NCBI GenBank assembly: GCA_037440345.1 | Contig: JBBIUJ010000002.1 | Location: forward strand, 1 to 57,473 | Direction of reading: 5' to 3' | Length of the DNA stretch: 57,473 nucleotides | DNA from: Prolixibacter sp. | GTDB lineage: Bacteria; Bacteroidota; Bacteroidia; Bacteroidales; Prolixibacteraceae | Shown here: piece after piece, positions 1-8,603 of the stretch | Position numbering within the stretch: position 1 is the stretch's first letter | How the letters are laid out: each line of letters begins with the position of its first letter | Notes under the pieces: generated by a model | What the model was told of the DNA's origin: nothing | Seen by the model: only the letters and a program-made list of their open reading frames with translations | The model's database searches: none | Made by a program: the position numbers and the translations under genes

Positions 1-2
1 GG

Positions 3-731
3 CACCGCCGCAAGGAGAACTCCGGCGGGCTGTTCGTCCACAAGGCGACCCACCACTTCGACCTGATCAACTGGCTACTTGAGGCTGAACCAATTGATGT
101 TCAGGCGATAGGAAAGCTTTCATATTACGGCCACAACAACAATTTTAGGGGCAGAAATTGCCGGGATTGTGCCTTTTCATCCAAATGCAAGTTCTACTGG
201 GATATGACCAAAGATACCAGGATGATGACCTTGTACGGCAATTGCGAAGAGGTAGACGGTTACTACCGTGATGGCTGTGTTTGGGACAACGAAATTGACA
301 TTTATGATACCAGTTCCGTGCAGGTGAACTATGACAATGGCACACAGCTGACCTATACCATGAACACTTTCCTTCCTTACGAAGGTCAGCGTATCTCTTT
401 TTCGTGCGAATTTGGAAGGCTTGATGTCAACCTCAATTACAGTCAGCCATGGAATGTTGAAGGAACCTATGAATTCCGCCTTACCAGGGACAAGAAGACG
501 ACCAAATATTGGATACTCAAAGCGGCTGAAGGCAGTCATGGTGGCGCTGATGAGCGTCTCAAAGAACTGATATTCAAGCCAGGATCCAAAGATCAGTTCA
601 ATAGTCGGGCCGATAGCAGGGCGGGCATCATGTCAAGCCTGATTGGAATCGCCGCACGGCAATCGATCGAAACTGGAAAAAAGGTCCAAATATCGGATCT
701 GGTGAGGTTCCCGAAAGTCTGGCGCGGCTAA
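3..731 (+). CDS. Gfo/Idh/MocA-family oxidoreductase, C-terminal part (5' end lies outside the window)
   Basis: The frame of ORF 204..731 stays open back to base 3 (HRRKENSGGLFVHKATHHFDLINWLLEAEP...). The GGxxxxxxxHxxD motif is typical of the Gfo/Idh/MocA C-terminal domain. No start codon is present in the window. Confidence 0.7.
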   Translation, partial: HRRKENSGGLFVHKATHHFDLINWLLEAEPIDVQAIGKLSYYGHNNNFRGRNCRDCAFSSKCKFYWDMTKDTRMMTLYGNCEEVDGYYRDGCVWDNEIDIYDTSSVQVNYDNGTQLTYTMNTFLPYEGQRISFSCEFGRLDVNLNYSQPWNVEGTYEFRLTRDKKTTKYWILKAAEGSHGGADERLKELIFKPGSKDQFNSRADSRAGIMSSLIGIAARQSIETGKKVQISDLVRFPKVWRG

Positions 732-811
732 GAAAAGTGGGGGAGACTAGGCGAGGGGGAGAGGGGGCGAATGCTCCAATGAAACAGGGAACCGATGAAA
801 CGGAGAATGGT

Positions 812-835
812 TCCCTGAGCGAAGTCGAAGGGTCA
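812..835 (+). repeat. 3'-intergenic motif copy (TCCCTGAGCGAAGTCGAAGGGTCA)
   Basis: This 24-mer is identical to 26741..26764. It lies downstream of the stop at 731, in sense orientation. Confidence 0.8.
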
Positions 836-916
836 ACAGAGTCCCAATTGTCCATCTTGCTGGATTCCCTCTGTGCTCCTCTATGCAACTCTGTGTAAAT
901 TAAAGACATACTACTA

Positions 917-2302
917 ATGAAATTAACAATTTTTTTTTTGGGAGCTATCGCGCTCTCCACCACAATAATCGGTTGTAAACCATCTGTGCAGCCAATCAAA
1001 ATCGTTCAGCTTACCAATGGCGCTTACAACCACGATCTGGATAACAACGACAATTTTTCGCCGGATGGGAAGTGGCTGGTATACGACACCAGGACCGGAA
1101 TCGGAGGTATTGGTGGTTCCCCTTCAGTGGAGCGGGTCAATGTTGAATCAGGCAAAGTGGAAGAACTTTTTGTTGTGAAGGATAACCACTCATGGGGCCC
1201 TGGCGCGGGAGCCGTCAGCTATCATCCTACCGAAAACAGGGTGATTTTTATCCATGGACTGGCCTTTTGCAGTGAGAAAAATCCATATCAACAGTGGAAA
1301 CGCACTGGTACAATGGTAGATGTAAATCATCCGAATGTTCCAATCTTCATGGATGCGAGGGACGTCACGCCGCCATTCACCCCAGGTGCATTGAGGGGCG
1401 GCACCCACCGTCACGAATGGAGCAAGGATGGCAAATGGGTCGGTTATACCTACAACGACGCTCTCATGAAAGCCCTTGAAGATTCAACAGGTATTACATG
1501 GAATCTTAGGACCGTTGGTGTCTCCACAAAACTCAAACCTGTAACTGTGGATCATAGCGGTGAAGGGGAAAATCTAAGCGGGGAGTGGTACAGCGTACTG
1601 GTAGTCAGGGTTGTTCCAAATCCTGTTCCCGGAAGCGACGAGATCAGTAACGCTGCCTCCGACAGTTGGGTGGGTACCGGCAGTTATGTGAAAAAGGATG
1701 GGAAAAGGCAGGTTGCAAGGGCATTTATCGGCAAAGTAAGGAGCAAGAACAATCAACCAGTCGACGAACTCTTTGTTGTGGACATTCCGGATTCCATCAA
1801 CCAACCTGGGGAGTATGGTCCGCTGGAAGGTACCCCATCTACCTTCCCTATGCCACCCAAAGGAACAGTTCAGCGTAGGCTTACCTTTACTGCGGAAACA
1901 GCCCATCCCGGATGTGGGGGAGTGGTACGCTCATCCTCAGATGGCAAATGGATTGCTTATCTGGCTGCAGATGCCAATGGAAAACAGCAAATATTTATTA
2001 TTTCGCCTGACGGCGGAAGTTCACGGCAGGTAACAAATCATCCGGCAGGCGTTCAAAGTTGTGCGAGATGGAGTCCGGACAACCTTTCTATCTGTTACCA
2101 GTCGGAAAACAGCATTCTCACATGCAAAATCTCTGATGAGCCCTTTGAGAAGAGATTTCAACGGATGACACCCGTTACCAAGGAGGAGCTCTCCAACATT
2201 GTCTGGTCGCCCGACGGGAAAACAATAGCCTTCAACAGACCTGTCAAGGCGGAGAGGGTGAAAGATGTATGGAAACAGATTTTTGTGATAAAACTGAAGT
2301 AG
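917..2302 (+). CDS. Lipoprotein with TolB/PD40-like beta-propeller repeats (possibly DUF3748-like); function unknown
   Basis: Lipobox-like N-terminus (LSTTIIGC). Repeated SPDGKW(L/I)xY motifs occur (FSPDGKWLVYD, SSDGKWIAY, WSPDGKTIAF). The ORF is long with no competing frame. Confidence 0.6.
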   Translation: MKLTIFFLGAIALSTTIIGCKPSVQPIKIVQLTNGAYNHDLDNNDNFSPDGKWLVYDTRTGIGGIGGSPSVERVNVESGKVEELFVVKDNHSWGPGAGAVSYHPTENRVIFIHGLAFCSEKNPYQQWKRTGTMVDVNHPNVPIFMDARDVTPPFTPGALRGGTHRHEWSKDGKWVGYTYNDALMKALEDSTGITWNLRTVGVSTKLKPVTVDHSGEGENLSGEWYSVLVVRVVPNPVPGSDEISNAASDSWVGTGSYVKKDGKRQVARAFIGKVRSKNNQPVDELFVVDIPDSINQPGEYGPLEGTPSTFPMPPKGTVQRRLTFTAETAHPGCGGVVRSSSDGKWIAYLAADANGKQQIFIISPDGGSSRQVTNHPAGVQSCARWSPDNLSICYQSENSILTCKISDEPFEKRFQRMTPVTKEELSNIVWSPDGKTIAFNRPVKAERVKDVWKQIFVIKLK

Positions 2303-2318
2303 CAGCAGCTGACAATTT

Positions 2319-3278
2319 TTATTTTTGCCAGTCAGAATTGAGCCATACAACTTTTAGTTCTGATTGATGATTTTGTCCGATAATATCCCGGTACAACTCG
2401 GGACGTCTGGCATTAATATACCGATATCCTCCGGCTTGAGTCAATTTTTCAGGCGTAATGGTTGCCGTTGCATAGCTGTTATCAAATGTTCTGCACTCGG
2501 CCAGGATATCCCCAAAGGGGTCCAGAATCATTGAACAACCATTTTTTAGTTGGTCATCATCCATCCCGATAGGATTGGAGAAAATCACATAAATCGCATT
2601 GTCATAAGCTCTTGCCGGTAGCCATTTCATTAACCAATCCCTTCCTTTCATACTGTCAAATTCCAAACGCAGGAAAGTAGGATCATTTTCCCTGTTTTCC
2701 CATAATTTCGGATCAACAAATCCCGCACCCGGGCGGGTTGAAGGGGTGCACATGGTCACATGCGGCATAAAAATTATATTCGCTCCCAAAAGAGTTGTAG
2801 CCCTCACATTTTCAATTATGTTGTTGTCATAGCAAATTAAAATTCCACATTTCCAACCATACAGATTAAATACACAATATTTGTCTCCCGGAGTAAGGTT
2901 TGGATTTATGAATGGGTGTAACTTTCTGTATTTTGCAACGAGTCCGTTTTTGTCAACACATACGTAAGACTTGAATAAATTATCGTACTCGTCCTTCTCA
3001 AAAAGTCCGGCCAGTATTGCAATATTATTTCTCTTTGCTACTTCAATGAGCTTAATAATACTTGGTCCTTGAGGAATAAATTCAGCTAAGTCAAGCATTT
3101 GCTTTTTCGAAAGGTATCGGGCAAATGTGTAACCCGTAATTGAGCATTCATGAAATGAAATTACATTCGTACCCTCTTTTGATGCTTGTTTTGCAAGTGT
3201 CTCAATAATGGATAAATTATACTCTTTGTCGCCGCTTCTATTCTCAAACTGAGCGGTCGAAATTATTAGTTTGTCCAT
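2319..3278 (-). CDS. Carbon-nitrogen hydrolase (nitrilase-superfamily amidohydrolase)
   Basis: The layout matches the CN-hydrolase Glu-Lys-Cys triad: FHECSITGY, YRKLHPF and GILICYDN. Confidence 0.85.
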   Translation of the reverse strand: MDKLIISTAQFENRSGDKEYNLSIIETLAKQASKEGTNVISFHECSITGYTFARYLSKKQMLDLAEFIPQGPSIIKLIEVAKRNNIAILAGLFEKDEYDNLFKSYVCVDKNGLVAKYRKLHPFINPNLTPGDKYCVFNLYGWKCGILICYDNNIIENVRATTLLGANIIFMPHVTMCTPSTRPGAGFVDPKLWENRENDPTFLRLEFDSMKGRDWLMKWLPARAYDNAIYVIFSNPIGMDDDQLKNGCSMILDPFGDILAECRTFDNSYATATITPEKLTQAGGYRYINARRPELYRDIIGQNHQSELKVVWLNSDWQK

Positions 3279-3365
3279 ATAAAGTGTGTTTAAATTATCA
3301 CCAATGGCACACAGCTAGTTGCTGAACAGGTGTTTCCTGATGTATATCCTATGAAGAACTGCTTT

Positions 3366-4049
3366 TCAAACCAATTTTACGCTACAAATAAATTTCTCTA
3401 AACCCGCTCCTGCTCCTTTTGCAATCACCTGCACCTTTTTGGGCAAGTCGAAAGGTGGATTGGGATCTATCAGGTAAACAGGGCAGCCATAGGGGGCATA
3501 ATGCAGTAATCCGGCTGCAGGATAGACATTCAGTGAAGTTCCGATGATACACAGAATATCTGCTGATTCAACGATTTTCACTGCTTCCTCCATGGCCGGA
3601 ACCTCCTCTCCAAACCAAACGATATAGGGCCTTAGCTGGCTTCCTTTTTCACATTTGTCGCCGGGATTTATTGCTTTGTTGCCAATGTCATAGATAAGGT
3701 TTGGATCTATCGAACTTCTGGCTTTGGAAAGTTCGCCATGCAAATGAAGAACATGCGTCGATCCGGCCCTTTCGTGCAGATTGTCAACATTTTGTGTAAC
3801 TATCCGCACATCGAAATCCTTCTCCATTTCGGCAAGGAGCATGTGACCCTTGTTTGGTTCACATTCATACATCTGCTTGCGCCGTTCGTTGTAGAAGCGG
3901 AGCATAAGATTGGGGTTCCTGCGCCATCCTTCGATACTGGCTACCTCCATCACATCGTACTCTTCCCACAATCCGTTCGAATCGCGAAAAGTACGGATTC
4001 CGCTTTCAGCAGACATCCCGGCTCCGGTTAAAACTACAATCTGCTTCAT
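3366..4049 (-). CDS. cobB: NAD-dependent protein deacylase, Sir2 family
   Basis: GAGMSAESGIRTFRD NAD-binding motif, QNVDNLHERAG, HG catalytic His, GTSLNVYPAA. The 227 aa length is typical of bacterial CobB. Confidence 0.9.
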   Translation of the reverse strand: MKQIVVLTGAGMSAESGIRTFRDSNGLWEEYDVMEVASIEGWRRNPNLMLRFYNERRKQMYECEPNKGHMLLAEMEKDFDVRIVTQNVDNLHERAGSTHVLHLHGELSKARSSIDPNLIYDIGNKAINPGDKCEKGSQLRPYIVWFGEEVPAMEEAVKIVESADILCIIGTSLNVYPAAGLLHYAPYGCPVYLIDPNPPFDLPKKVQVIAKGAGAGLEKFICSVKLV

Positions 4050-4117
4050 AAATATTCCTTAACCGTAATCCATTCAACATAGTGATTGATTATTTCGAGC
4101 ATACACACTACCTTATT

Positions 4118-6061
4118 TTACTGATATTTAACAGGCAGGGAAAATATGAAATCGCTTCCTTTCCCTAATTCGCTTTCCACCCAAATCTTTCCACCATGTT
4201 TTTCAACAAATTCCTTACAAAGTAATAAACCCAAACCTGTACCTTTTTCATTATTCGTACCCAGGGAGGTTATTTTTTCGCTAATTTTAAATAGTTTATG
4301 AATATTATTTTCACTGATACCAATGCCGGTATCACTGACATGAACCAGAATTTCAGTCCTTTCCTGTACTACTTTTACATTAATTTCGCCGTTTGTTTCG
4401 GTGAATTTTATGGCATTAGTAATTAAATTCCTCAAAATTGTATTGATCATATTTTGGTCAGCAAACACCTTGAGGTTTTTAGCTATTTGGTAATTTATTG
4501 TGATATTTTTTTGATTTGAAAAGTTCTCCAAAAGACTTACTACATCTTTTAATAGTTTATCAAACATAAATTGATCCGGATGAAAATCAATTTTACCAGT
4601 TTGAGCCTTCGACCATTCCAATAAATTCTCCAATAAATTAAATGCATGTTGAGAAGAATCGCGAATCATTTTAATCATTGGCATTTTTTCTTCGTAAGTA
4701 AATGATTGCCAGGATGAAACTAATAATTCAGAGATTCCTAGAATTCCGTTAAAGGGATTTCTCAAGTCATGCGCTATGATACCAAAAAATTTATCCTTTG
4801 TAGCATTGAGTTCATGCAGCTGTTCATTTTGAGTTTGAATTGCAATTTTTTGTCGTGAAATTTCTTCATTGTACTCTTTCAAAAGCCGATTTGTTTTCGC
4901 GGTATATTTGTAATTTCTGAAGACAAAAAAAGTGATTATGCTTATTATAATTAGGAGAATGACAAGACCATAAGACAATAGTTGCTGCTTGTATATGTGG
5001 GTTTCGTACAATGCTTTCTTTTTGAGATCATCAATTTCTTTTTGTTTGGACTGCTGTTCAAAAGCGTAGTTTAGTTCGAGGGTAGTAATCTTCTTTATGT
5101 ATTCAGATTTGCGAAGGGTTTCATTACCTTCCCGGGCTAGGGTTTGCGTTTCGTATGCCTTTTTATAATTTTTCAATGAGAAATAGACATTGTGCAATAC
5201 TTCGTTTGCCTTTTGTATATTCATAGGGCTCCTCATCAGCCGGGCCTTTGCAATGGCCTCTTCCAAATAATTGATGGCCTTTTGATACTCTTTTTTGGCG
5301 GCATAATATTTGCCAAGACTGATGTAACTTTGGCCGTAATTAGTAAAGCCTGCCTTATCGTAATACTCAATTCCCTTTTTGTAATAGACCAAGGCGCTAT
5401 CGGGTAAATTTAATTCAAGACAACAATCGCCAATGTGCACGAAGGAGGTTGCAGCTCCTGAAATATCCCCAATACTTATGCGAAGCGTCAATCCCATTTT
5501 GTAGTAAACTAAAGCATTTTTCCACTCCTTTTTATTTTCATAAATACTGCCTTTCATGTTTAAGTTATAGGCAATACCTGTTTTGTTATCCACCGACCGG
5601 AACAACGGCAATGCCTTGTCTGTAAATTCGATCGCCTTATCATATTTTTCAAGTCTGGAATAAATATCTGCTATGTTATTATTGGCATAAGCGATCTCGA
5701 GATTGCACAAAGGAATCTCAGCTATGGAGAGTATTTTATAAAAGTCATCCAGGGCTGCTGAATATTCCCCGAGGTTTCGTTTATTGATACCTAACTTATT
5801 CAGAACATTGCACTGTTTTAAGATATTTTTCTGCTTTACATAAATACTCAGCGCCATTGTACCGTAATCGTATCCTAATTTTGGTGAATCAACCCTGTAA
5901 TTCCAACACAAATTGTTGTAAATGTCGGCTCTGGCGGAATCAGATTGGGTTATTTTAAGTTGCTTGAGGAGGCTGTCTATGATAGCTGCATTCTGGGCAA
6001 ACCCGGAGAGAGCTGCGATTAGTAAGAAAAATAAAAGAAGTATTTTTTTAGGAGTCATCAT
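4118..6061 (-). CDS. TPR-repeat sensor histidine kinase (signal peptide, extracytoplasmic TPR domain, one TM, HisKA+HATPase)
   Basis: H-box FFGIIAHDLRNP, N-box LRNLITNAIKF, G-boxes DTGIGI and GTGLGL, plus multiple TPR-like repeats. The start is trimmed to ATGATG at 6061 (MMTPKKILLLFF signal peptide), because the longer ORF overlaps the upstream gene. Confidence 0.85.
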   Translation of the reverse strand: MMTPKKILLLFFLLIAALSGFAQNAAIIDSLLKQLKITQSDSARADIYNNLCWNYRVDSPKLGYDYGTMALSIYVKQKNILKQCNVLNKLGINKRNLGEYSAALDDFYKILSIAEIPLCNLEIAYANNNIADIYSRLEKYDKAIEFTDKALPLFRSVDNKTGIAYNLNMKGSIYENKKEWKNALVYYKMGLTLRISIGDISGAATSFVHIGDCCLELNLPDSALVYYKKGIEYYDKAGFTNYGQSYISLGKYYAAKKEYQKAINYLEEAIAKARLMRSPMNIQKANEVLHNVYFSLKNYKKAYETQTLAREGNETLRKSEYIKKITTLELNYAFEQQSKQKEIDDLKKKALYETHIYKQQLLSYGLVILLIIISIITFFVFRNYKYTAKTNRLLKEYNEEISRQKIAIQTQNEQLHELNATKDKFFGIIAHDLRNPFNGILGISELLVSSWQSFTYEEKMPMIKMIRDSSQHAFNLLENLLEWSKAQTGKIDFHPDQFMFDKLLKDVVSLLENFSNQKNITINYQIAKNLKVFADQNMINTILRNLITNAIKFTETNGEINVKVVQERTEILVHVSDTGIGISENNIHKLFKISEKITSLGTNNEKGTGLGLLLCKEFVEKHGGKIWVESELGKGSDFIFSLPVKYQ

Positions 6062-6092
6062 AAATTCACGATAGAAGGTTGAGAATTTGGAA

Positions 6093-7343
6093 TTACTCTT
6101 TCTTAACAGGGATGGAGAACTTGAAATTGCTCCCTTTTCCAGATTCACTTTCCACCCATAGCTTTCCATCATGCTTGGTGACAAAATCATGGCAGAGTAT
6201 CAACCCTAAGCCGGTACCCTTCTCATTTTGTGTGCCCAGGGTCGATGGATTTTCATCCAGATGGAACAATTTCTGAATTCTCTCGCCAGATAATCCAATA
6301 CCGGAATCCTTTACAGAGATCACCAGGTCATTTGAATGTTGTTCCGCTGAAATAATGATTTCACTTGAAGGATATGAGAACTTTATGGCATTGGATATCA
6401 AATTTCTAAGTATTGTATTCATCATGGCTTCATCTGCATAAACCGGGAGAGGGGCTGGCAAAACCAATTTTAAGGCAATTGCTTTTTGCTCGGCAATATC
6501 ATCGAATAAGTGTGCGTTTTTTTCGATCATGCCAGCCATATCAAAGGTATTGGGTTGATATACAATCCTTCCTGTTTGGGACTGAGACCATTCCATCAGA
6601 TTTTTCAGCAACTCCATGGCGCGAATGGATGATTCATATATAATTTCGCTATACTTTTCAATGTTGGCGTAATCTCTTGCTTTTACCTGTTCGCTGAGGA
6701 AACTGCTGAATCCCATGATAGAGTTAAATGGGCTTTTCAAGTCATGGGCGATGATGGAGAAGAATTTATCCTTTTCTGCATTCATCTTTTGAAGCTCGTC
6801 GTTCTTATCCTTTAGTTTTTTTTCTGCCAGATTGCGTTCACTGATGTCACGAATGATCATGGCCGTTCTCTCCAATCCTCCTGAAATATGAAAAACTGTT
6901 GAGTCAATTTCAGCTGGGAAAACTTCACCATTTTTCCTGAGCATGTTGAGTTCTCCATTAAACTTTCCAACTCTTCTTCTTTCTTCAATCGCAGGGATCA
7001 AACGGGGATCGGTCAGATCACAAATACCATTTCTTCCGACTTCACAAATCTCCATTTCACTCATGCCAAAAATCTCGCATGCTTTTGGATTAGCAGAATA
7101 AATGGTCCCGTCGGGTCTCGTATAGAGTATAGCCTCGCCACTGTTATAAAATAACAACCGGTAGTTCAATTCTTCTTCGGGAGTTGCGACTCTATCTATA
7201 TCCTTTCGATAAATTGACCTGATCGAACTGTTATCCTTATGAAGTAATTCGATCTCCTGTATTAGCTGTTCTCTGGATAAAGCCTGGTACTCCATAAAAG
7301 AATAATTGGTAGGTAAGTAAATGCTTTTCGGAAGGCCCTCCAT
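6093..7343 (-). CDS. PAS-domain sensor histidine kinase (cytoplasmic)
   Basis: PAS-like segment (LFYNSGEAILYTRPDGTIYSANPKACEIFGMS). H-box FFSIIAHDLKSPFNS, N-box LRNLISNAIKF, GTGLGL. The catalytic core is closely paralogous to 4118..6061. Confidence 0.85.
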   Translation of the reverse strand: MEGLPKSIYLPTNYSFMEYQALSREQLIQEIELLHKDNSSIRSIYRKDIDRVATPEEELNYRLLFYNSGEAILYTRPDGTIYSANPKACEIFGMSEMEICEVGRNGICDLTDPRLIPAIEERRRVGKFNGELNMLRKNGEVFPAEIDSTVFHISGGLERTAMIIRDISERNLAEKKLKDKNDELQKMNAEKDKFFSIIAHDLKSPFNSIMGFSSFLSEQVKARDYANIEKYSEIIYESSIRAMELLKNLMEWSQSQTGRIVYQPNTFDMAGMIEKNAHLFDDIAEQKAIALKLVLPAPLPVYADEAMMNTILRNLISNAIKFSYPSSEIIISAEQHSNDLVISVKDSGIGLSGERIQKLFHLDENPSTLGTQNEKGTGLGLILCHDFVTKHDGKLWVESESGKGSNFKFSIPVKKE

Positions 7344-7546
7344 CTTTGGGGTTAATGCAATGGCAACAATTATTTCTAATTCAGGGTATCACTAACAAAA
7401 CTAATGAAAAATCTTATTTTGCAACTGCATTGATAACAATTTATGATGATAAGTTGTTTATTTGGGGTAAAAATAAGGGTCCTGGTTGATCAGATCAGGT
7501 TGGCCGCCGAAATCCTGGTTGGTCTTAAAAGCCCGGGTGACAAGGA

Positions 7547-8536
7547 TTATTTTACGTTCTTTTCGAAGAAATCCCCCATCACTTTCTTTGTGTAATTGTT
7601 TACACGCTGAACGATATCCATGGTGTGGGGCCATCCGGGTACGGGACAATAGACATTCACAACTCCAAGGCTATCCAATTTGTGCTTCAGTAACTCTGCC
7701 TGACTGATGGGGACCAGCATGTCGCGGGTACCGTGAAGGATCAGCGTGGTTGGGGACTCTTTGGTTACATAGGTAATTGGGGATGCTTCGACGTAGAGTT
7801 GCGGGGCTTCCTGGTAAGAGTGGGCTATAAAACTTGTGATGGTATGATGGTTACGGGCATATTCGGTCGTAAAATCCGTGGGACCATAGATTTCGACTAC
7901 CGCTTTGATTTTGTGTTTTTCCACAACCTGCCTGATCGTGTCGGAAGGAGAGGGCTGTTTTTTCCAGCCATATGCTGCCAGCATGGCCAGGTGAGAGCCT
8001 GCTGAGCCGCCAATCAGACAAATCCTGTCGGGATCGTAGTTGTATTTTTCGCCATTTTGAAAAATGAAATGTACCGCATCCATGATATCATTGACGCAAG
8101 CGGGATATGGTGCCTCTTTCACAAAGCGGTAGGAAACGGTTGCCGTAACATAACCCAATCCGGCAAAGTGCGTCAGGTAGACCAGGTAATCGGCCCGATC
8201 GCCACCGCTCCATCCGCCGCCATGGATAAAAACGAGCAGTGGCGCCGGTTTGGTCATTCCCTTCGGACGGTAGAAATCCATTTGAAGGGATCTGCCGTTG
8301 ATATTTTTGTATTCGACATTCTTAAAAGCTTCAACATTTTCAGGAATATCCGGTGTCTTGTTGATCAATGTTTCCAATCCTGTGAAAATGGCTGCAACGG
8401 TTGGCGGATAGTAATAATACCCTATTGGCGCCTTTTGGGGATTTATGGCGGACCAAATCCGCGGAATCAACATCAAAAATATCAGCGTAGCGAGAAGAAG
8501 CAAAAATCCTTTCAGAACCTTTTTCAAAATCTTCAT
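7547..8536 (-). CDS. Alpha/beta hydrolase (esterase/lipase, HGGG-type)
   Basis: Oxyanion HGGGW motif, nucleophile elbow GGSAGSHLA, and an N-terminal TM/signal. The start is set at ATG 8536 (MKILKK), because the ORF-track start is a TTG. Confidence 0.8.
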   Translation of the reverse strand: MKILKKVLKGFLLLLATLIFLMLIPRIWSAINPQKAPIGYYYYPPTVAAIFTGLETLINKTPDIPENVEAFKNVEYKNINGRSLQMDFYRPKGMTKPAPLLVFIHGGGWSGGDRADYLVYLTHFAGLGYVTATVSYRFVKEAPYPACVNDIMDAVHFIFQNGEKYNYDPDRICLIGGSAGSHLAMLAAYGWKKQPSPSDTIRQVVEKHKIKAVVEIYGPTDFTTEYARNHHTITSFIAHSYQEAPQLYVEASPITYVTKESPTTLILHGTRDMLVPISQAELLKHKLDSLGVVNVYCPVPGWPHTMDIVQRVNNYTKKVMGDFFEKNVK

Positions 8537-8603
8537 AATCCGAATATTTATGTGATTGATAATCAAAAATACTAAGAAACATTGTCAATTTCTCATGGTA
8601 AAT

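Noticed and set aside
628-999. 123-aa minus-strand ORF spanning the first intergenic region
   Set aside because: It overlaps the ends of two well-supported plus-strand genes and runs through the repeat element at 812..835. It is most likely a spurious read-through of repeat DNA.
3304-3321. Second TGGCAC occurrence as a sigma-54 promoter
   Set aside because: TGGCAC is followed by 8 nt before TTGC, which is the wrong spacing. It lies between two convergently ending or unrelated minus-strand genes.
6062-6190. N-terminal extension of the TPR histidine kinase ORF
   Set aside because: The extension overlaps the 3' end of the upstream kinase gene and precedes a clear signal peptide that starts at the ATGATG at 6061.
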